Under the pieces are notes generated by a model that saw nothing but the letters and a program-made list of their open reading frames with translations, was not told the DNA's origin and made no database searches. The translations under genes and the position numbers were made by a program. This document shows, in pieces, positions 58,862 to 64,000 of a DNA stretch of 64,000 nt (position 1 is the first letter of the stretch; each line of letters opens with the position of its first letter). Origin of the DNA: Chitinophaga pinensis (GTDB lineage: Bacteria; Bacteroidota; Bacteroidia; Flavobacteriales_D; Crocinitomicaceae); NCBI GenBank assembly GCA_943327315.2, contig CALPWQ020000001.1, positions 627 to 64,626 of the forward strand. The letters run 5' to 3'.

Positions 58862-59233
58862 TTACTTGAAAAAATAAGTAAGAATCAGCATTTGTTCTGG
58901 GCACTCATTTGTTGACGCTTGAACATATTTTTCGAACTGTTCATCCGTCAAGTTGTAATCCGTAATAATTTGTTCTACTCCTTTCTCCCATTTCGATTTA
59001 AATTGTTCCACAATCGGAACTAAAATACCTGGATTATTATCTGTGAGTTTCAAAATCGTATCATGAAAATCTCCCGTTGTCCTTGCTGTTTCGGTTAACT
59101 TTTCAATGAATTTTGAATCAAATGTCTTCAAGGAGTTGTCGGCACAGTCACATAAAAGAGAACTTGACGGAAGTGCTTGTTCACCACATGAAACAAGAAG
59201 CAATCCGATGCTAAAAACAAATAGATATTTCAT
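58862..59233 (-). CDS. hypothetical lipoprotein (123 aa)
   Basis: Lipobox-like LLLVSCGE after the signal sequence. Confidence 0.55.
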   Translation of the reverse strand: MKYLFVFSIGLLLVSCGEQALPSSSLLCDCADNSLKTFDSKFIEKLTETARTTGDFHDTILKLTDNNPGILVPIVEQFKSKWEKGVEQIITDYNLTDEQFEKYVQASTNECPEQMLILTYFFK

Positions 59234-59534
59234 AATTAATTATTAGTGAGCAACTTTATGATGTCAGGCATCAAATATCAGTATTTTATTTAAGTAATTT
59301 AATTTCCTCAGAAACAACGCAAGCAAAAAAATAAGGTGATTTTATTTACCGGAGCGATTGCCGCATCGTCATCGTTTACAGGTGCATTTAGGGCCGCTAA
59401 ATTTGTCGCAGATGAACAACCATTAGTCGACTATTTTTAACACTAAATTTTCTTATTTTATTTAAGAATCGATGCGACTCATTACCTATTAAAACAATAA
59501 ATCGCTTGGTGCCATTTGAGTCATTCCGTCAACT

Positions 59535-59939
59535 TTATTTATACATTTTCAGCACCACTGGCCTCGTCGTATCTTGCAACACTGACGTTCCATTACCACC
59601 CAATTTCCCTGACTCTTGGTTCAACAATTCAAGCACCTCCGCATAGATTTCTTGCATTTGCGTTTGATGAGAGGCATAGTAATCCATGCTCATTTCAAAT
59701 TGCTTTGGCGTTACCTTGTACTTCTTGAAAATCGCCTTCCCAGACAGGATCATTGTTTCTTGAAAACGTGAAACATGACCATACTTGAGCTGAACATGGG
59801 ACTCCACCAAGCTCAGTTCCTTCATGATCTTTACAAACTTTTCCTTTTCTATGAGGTTATCCGGTGCAGGTTTTGAACCGATTTGATCCGTGCAAGAAAA
59901 TAGCACAACCCACAAAAACATCCCTAGGTACTTTTTCAT
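59535..59939 (-). CDS. DUF4296-like lipoprotein
   Basis: Signal plus lipobox VLFSCTD. Overlaps the pyrC stop (operon). The family call is from memory of the typical pyrC-adjacent gene in Bacteroidota. Confidence 0.55.
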   Translation of the reverse strand: MKKYLGMFLWVVLFSCTDQIGSKPAPDNLIEKEKFVKIMKELSLVESHVQLKYGHVSRFQETMILSGKAIFKKYKVTPKQFEMSMDYYASHQTQMQEIYAEVLELLNQESGKLGGNGTSVLQDTTRPVVLKMYK

Positions 59940-61282
59940 CCTGGATACTCAAACATGAGTCGTTCACCCAATGAGTGTTCAATGAGCTTTCCGTTGTTGT
60001 AAACCAAGTTTCCATTGACAAAGGTTTTACTTATTCGATAAGGAAAAGTATGTCCTTCAAATGGTGACCAGCCACACTGGTATAAAATATTGTCCTTCGT
60101 AACAGTGAAAGCATTGTTTTCGACAACCACTAAATCAGCAAAATATCCTTCGCGAATGTAGCCTCGGTCTTTGATGCGAAACAACTCAGCAGGACTATGG
60201 GCCATCTTTTCGACAATTTTCTGGATCGAAATTTTACCTTGTTCCATTTTCTCGAGCATCGCCATCAGGGCATGTTGCACCAATGGTCCGCCGGATGGAG
60301 CTTCGAGGTATTTTCGCGATTTTTCTTCGAGCGTATGCGGTGCATGATCTGTGGCAATCACGTCAATTCGGTTGTCCAATACCGCTTGAAAAATAGCATC
60401 TCGATCGTGTGCTGTTTTTACCGCAGGATTCCATTTGATGGAGTTTCCTTTTTCGGCATAGTCTGCATCGGAGAACCACAAGTGATGAATGCATGCTTCC
60501 GCCGTGATTTTCTTTTGAGGAAGTGGGATCGTGTTCTCAAAAAGCGACAATTCCTTCGCTGTAGAAATGTGCAAGACATGCAAGCGTGCGCCGTGTTTTT
60601 TCGCCAAGCGCACTGCCAATTCCGACGATCGATAACAAGCCTCTTCGCTTCGAATCAATGGATGCATTTCTACAGGAATATCTTCTCCGTATTTTTCTTT
60701 ATAGGCCGCCAAATTTGCACGAACTGTCGCTTCGTCTTCGCAATGTGTCGCGATCAACATTGGCGGAACACGTTCGAACAAACCGCGCAAGGTGTCTTCA
60801 TTGTCGACGAGCATATTTCCGGTGGAAGACCCCATAAAGACCTTTACCCCACATACTTTTGTTCCATCCGTTTTAAGTACTTCCTCCAAGTTGTCATTGG
60901 ATGCACCCATGAAGAACGAAAAATTCGCAATGGACGATCGCGTTGCGATTTGGTATTTATCTTCAAGCAATTCTTGTGTCAAGGCATTCGGAACAGTATT
61001 CGGCATTTCCATAAAAGAGGTAATCCCACCCGCAACTGCTGCACGTGCTTCTGAAGCAATGGTTGCCTTATGGGTTAACCCAGGCTCGCGAAAATGCACT
61101 TGGTCGTCAATACAGCCTGGCAAGAGGTAGTTTCCATTGATCTCGATATCTATGGCTCTTCCGTCGTATGAAATTTGTGGTGCGATGCGTTCAATGCGAC
61201 CGTTCTTGATCAACACGTCGGCTACCACTTCGTTGCCTTCGTTGATTATGCGGGCGTTTCGTAGAATGGTTGTATTGCTCAT
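59936..61282 (-). CDS. pyrC: dihydroorotase (amidohydrolase superfamily)
   Basis: DDQVHFREPG metal-binding HxH-type motif, VKVFMGSSTG, HISTAKE, ATDHAPH. Confidence 0.9.
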   Translation of the reverse strand: MSNTTILRNARIINEGNEVVADVLIKNGRIERIAPQISYDGRAIDIEINGNYLLPGCIDDQVHFREPGLTHKATIASEARAAVAGGITSFMEMPNTVPNALTQELLEDKYQIATRSSIANFSFFMGASNDNLEEVLKTDGTKVCGVKVFMGSSTGNMLVDNEDTLRGLFERVPPMLIATHCEDEATVRANLAAYKEKYGEDIPVEMHPLIRSEEACYRSSELAVRLAKKHGARLHVLHISTAKELSLFENTIPLPQKKITAEACIHHLWFSDADYAEKGNSIKWNPAVKTAHDRDAIFQAVLDNRIDVIATDHAPHTLEEKSRKYLEAPSGGPLVQHALMAMLEKMEQGKISIQKIVEKMAHSPAELFRIKDRGYIREGYFADLVVVENNAFTVTKDNILYQCGWSPFEGHTFPYRISKTFVNGNLVYNNGKLIEHSLGERLMFEYPG

Positions 61283-61989
61283 ATTTTCATTTTGCGCATT
61301 TTCCAGACACCAAAAAATGCTTCTTTAAAGATTCCTGAACTCATTTTCGATTCACCGTATTGACGGTCAATAAACGTAATCGGTACCTCTGTTACTTTAA
61401 ATCCATGTTTTACCGCGGCATATTTCATGCAAATTTGAAATGCATAGCCTATAAATGGGATGGCGTCAAGGTCAATCGTTTCCAATACTTTTCTTCTGTA
61501 GCATTTAAATCCCGCCGTCGTATCACGAATGCCAATCCATAAGATCAATCGGACGTATACACTGGCGAAGTAAGACATCAGGATCCGCTTTAATGGCCAA
61601 TTCGACACTTTCCCACCCTTGCAGTAACGCGAGCCTATGCTCACATCTGCACCATCGATACATGCCTGATACAAGCGGATCAAATCTTCGGGGTTGTGCG
61701 AAAAATCACAATCCATCTCGAACAAGAAATCGTAACCCTTGGAGATGCCCCATTTGAATCCATGTATATATGCTGTCCCAAGACCTAGCTTCCCTTGACG
61801 TTCCTCAATGAACACGCGACCAGGAAATTCTTGCTGGAGTGCCTTGATTTTTTGAGCCGTTCCGTCTGGTGAATTGTCATCCACGTATAAAATATGGAAG
61901 TCTTTTTCAAACGCCATAACTACACGTGTCATTCGTTCGACATTATCGATTTCGTTGTATGTTGGAATTATAACAAGTGCGTCAGACAT
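61279..61989 (-). CDS. polyprenol-phosphate mannosyltransferase (GT2, Dpm1-like)
   Basis: LVIIPTYNE...VDDNSPDGT...MDCDFSHNP. Confidence 0.88.
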   Translation of the reverse strand: MSDALVIIPTYNEIDNVERMTRVVMAFEKDFHILYVDDNSPDGTAQKIKALQQEFPGRVFIEERQGKLGLGTAYIHGFKWGISKGYDFLFEMDCDFSHNPEDLIRLYQACIDGADVSIGSRYCKGGKVSNWPLKRILMSYFASVYVRLILWIGIRDTTAGFKCYRRKVLETIDLDAIPFIGYAFQICMKYAAVKHGFKVTEVPITFIDRQYGESKMSSGIFKEAFFGVWKMRKMKI

Positions 61990-62091
61990 AGTAAATTAAA
62001 TGCGCAACTAAAATACGGATTATTGACTGAATCAATGTTAATTTATGTCAAATGCCGTGAGATTTGTACTTTTACAAGAACGGTAAACCAC

Positions 62092-63480
62092 ATGAAATCT
62101 ATCCTGACGGTCCTATTTTCTTTTTACACCCTCATTGCCATCACGCAGGAGCAAAAGAACATTGAATTGCTGGATCATTGGTTCACAGATACCCTAATCA
62201 CTTCATCCACGGCCGTTCGGTATAGCGGCTGCTGGGGATTCACACGAAATGGTGAAGAATATGCCATCATTGGTTCTACGGAAGGCTCTCATTTCTTTCG
62301 ATTAAATTCTTCAAACGCCTTGGTTTCCTGCGGTTTTGTTGAAGGAAAATTTTCATCAGCACAAGTGATCCACCGCGAATATAAAACCTTTGGCAACTAC
62401 GCCTATTCCGTTTGTGATGAAGGCAATAGCTCATTGCAAATCATTGATTTGTCCTACTTACCAGATTCAGTGGTCAAAGTGGCAGACTTGCAAGACGAAC
62501 GTTTTGGGAAAATACACAACCTAAGCATCGACACAAGCAATGCGCTACTTTTTGCTTGTCTAGTTACCCCAATCAGTAGTGGAATTCCTTTATCCTTGGT
62601 GCCCTTGCGTGTATTTTCGCTTCAAGACCCTTTGAATCCTGTATTGGTATGGGAAGGCCCTGGAGACATTCCAGAAGTACACGACTGTTATGTTCGGAAC
62701 AACATGGCGATATTGAATTGCGGAATGGACGGACTTCGTGTGTATGATTTCACCAATCCAAGTGCCCCTATTTACAAAAGCAATCTCACGTTCTATCAAG
62801 ACCAAGGATACAATCACCAAGGGTGCTTAAGTCCTGATGGTTTAACTTATGTTTTTGCCGATGAAACCAATGGCAAACGCATAAAGAAATGTAGTGTATC
62901 TGCTAACTTCGACATAGAAGTCAATGGCTATTTCGGAACAAAATGGCAAGAAGGAAGCGTGCCTCACAACTTAATGATTACAAATGAATTTGCCTTTGTT
63001 GCTCACTACAATGAAGGGCTTCGTATTTACGATATTCGTGCTACATTTCCGCGTGAAATAGCCTCTTACGACACCTACACGACAGAGTCAACCTTCAAAA
63101 TGAATGGGGCATGGGGTGTTTATTCGGACTATCCATCTCAGCGTATTGTGGTATCAGACCGTCAAAATGGATTGTTCCTGTTCCAATTCAATCGTACACT
63201 ATTTGAAATACCATCTGACACCTCATTCATCCTCTACCCAAATCCAATTCGAACAGGAGAGATAATTACCTTGCGGACGCCGGGAGACCAACTGTCAGAA
63301 TTTACTGTTCAGGTATATAATCAATTGGGGCAGATTCTTGCAGAACAAGCTGTGAGCAAGGCCAGTTTTTTAACATGTTCAGCTCCAACAACAGCGGGTA
63401 TATATTTCATCAAAATCAACTTCATCAATTACCTAGGCGAAGCTGATTTTAAGGTCCGGCGGCTTACCGTAGCGAATTAA
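62092..63480 (+). CDS. secreted LVIVD-repeat / choice-of-anchor B-like beta-propeller protein with T9SS type A C-terminal domain
   Basis: ATG at 62092 gives signal peptide MKSILTVLFSFYTLIAITQ. LQIIDLS, GLRVYDF, GLRIYDI, GLFLFQF repeat ends. C-terminus LYPNPI...VQVYNQLGQIL...GIYFIKI. Confidence 0.75.
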   Translation: MKSILTVLFSFYTLIAITQEQKNIELLDHWFTDTLITSSTAVRYSGCWGFTRNGEEYAIIGSTEGSHFFRLNSSNALVSCGFVEGKFSSAQVIHREYKTFGNYAYSVCDEGNSSLQIIDLSYLPDSVVKVADLQDERFGKIHNLSIDTSNALLFACLVTPISSGIPLSLVPLRVFSLQDPLNPVLVWEGPGDIPEVHDCYVRNNMAILNCGMDGLRVYDFTNPSAPIYKSNLTFYQDQGYNHQGCLSPDGLTYVFADETNGKRIKKCSVSANFDIEVNGYFGTKWQEGSVPHNLMITNEFAFVAHYNEGLRIYDIRATFPREIASYDTYTTESTFKMNGAWGVYSDYPSQRIVVSDRQNGLFLFQFNRTLFEIPSDTSFILYPNPIRTGEIITLRTPGDQLSEFTVQVYNQLGQILAEQAVSKASFLTCSAPTTAGIYFIKINFINYLGEADFKVRRLTVAN

Positions 63481-63970
63481 ACAAAGCGTTAACGGCATCC
63501 ATGATTAAATCCTGCTCAAATCCACGTGAGCTCAAAAAGCGAATGATCTTTGCTTTACGTTTCCACACATCGATTTCGCGTTCTGTTTCTCGGAATTTTC
63601 TTTCGGCCAAGGCAATGATGGTTTGTCCATAAGCATCCAAATCAATCGATTCAATGGCGTTTTTGATTAACTCATCATTGATTTTTCGCAGACGCAGTTC
63701 CATTCGGATTCGGATTCGTCCCCACTGATTGAATCGAAATTTACCCGAAACAAAGGAATGTGCGAAACGAACGTCATCCAAGAATTGACTGCTGCGCAGG
63801 TACTCAATAATCTCAGCAGACTGAAGATCCGTCACTACATACTCCCGGAGTTTTGCTTCGACCTCGGAGGTACAACGGTCCCTGTAGGCGCAATACGCTT
63901 CTATTCGGACCTTGATTTCCGGGACAGTAAAGGTGGATTTATCCTTCGGTTCAGAGCGAGATTTCCTCAT
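63464..63970 (-). CDS. recX: recombination regulator RecX
   Basis: YCAYRDRCTSEVEAKL...DDVRFAHSFV three-repeat helical pattern. First ATG at 63970; the track start is TTG. Confidence 0.8.
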   Translation of the reverse strand: MRKSRSEPKDKSTFTVPEIKVRIEAYCAYRDRCTSEVEAKLREYVVTDLQSAEIIEYLRSSQFLDDVRFAHSFVSGKFRFNQWGRIRIRMELRLRKINDELIKNAIESIDLDAYGQTIIALAERKFRETEREIDVWKRKAKIIRFLSSRGFEQDLIMDAVNALFNSLR

Positions 63971-64000
63971 TCTGCTTATCCACAAAAGTGTATTGGAGCA

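Noticed and set aside
60197-61054. 285-aa antisense ORF within pyrC
   Set aside because: The opposite strand encodes a full-length dihydroorotase with canonical motifs. The antisense product is Cys/Arg/Phe-rich with no recognisable features.

Overview
The window looks like a chromosomal segment from a Bacteroidota genome, probably Flavobacteriia-like. Supporting signs are T9SS type A and type B C-terminal sorting domains, TAnnTTTG-type -7 promoter boxes just upstream of several genes, no obvious Shine-Dalgarno sites, and an AT-rich sequence (judged by eye, not computed). Most of the window is densely packed housekeeping. It includes murA, purL, tgt, dusB, rsmG, miaE, tig, ruvC, pyrC, recX, sppA, an ABC-F ATPase, an LptF/G-family permease and one tRNA-Leu(TAG). 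Interspersed are envelope and secreted proteins (collagen-like protein, M14 peptidase, CRTAC1/FG-GAP proteins, a PafA-like phosphatase) and orphan signalling proteins (two HisKA_3 kinases and a TPR class III cyclase). I found no rRNA, CRISPR array, transposase or integrase. The most unusual locus is 49.2-53.3 kb. There, a single 3.3-kb orphan ORF lies between an intact small K+-channel-like gene and a decayed copy of the same gene. The ORF has a HEPN-like RNxxxH N-terminus and a C-terminal F5/8 type C (discoidin) domain, with no secretion signal or NTPase motif, so it is a candidate single-gene defence or abortive-infection protein acquired by insertion. The second notable signal is a duplicated ~200-bp element whose conserved core reads as promoter box, hairpin, (TTAG)n tract and intrinsic terminator, i.e. 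a candidate ~95-nt sRNA or leader. Its two copies bracket a translationally coupled GNAT-desaturase-desaturase operon at 2,997-bp spacing. An 800-bp ORF-free stretch next to it holds hairpin families and an 8-bp periodic repeat. All functional calls come from reading motifs in the supplied translations; no database search was run.
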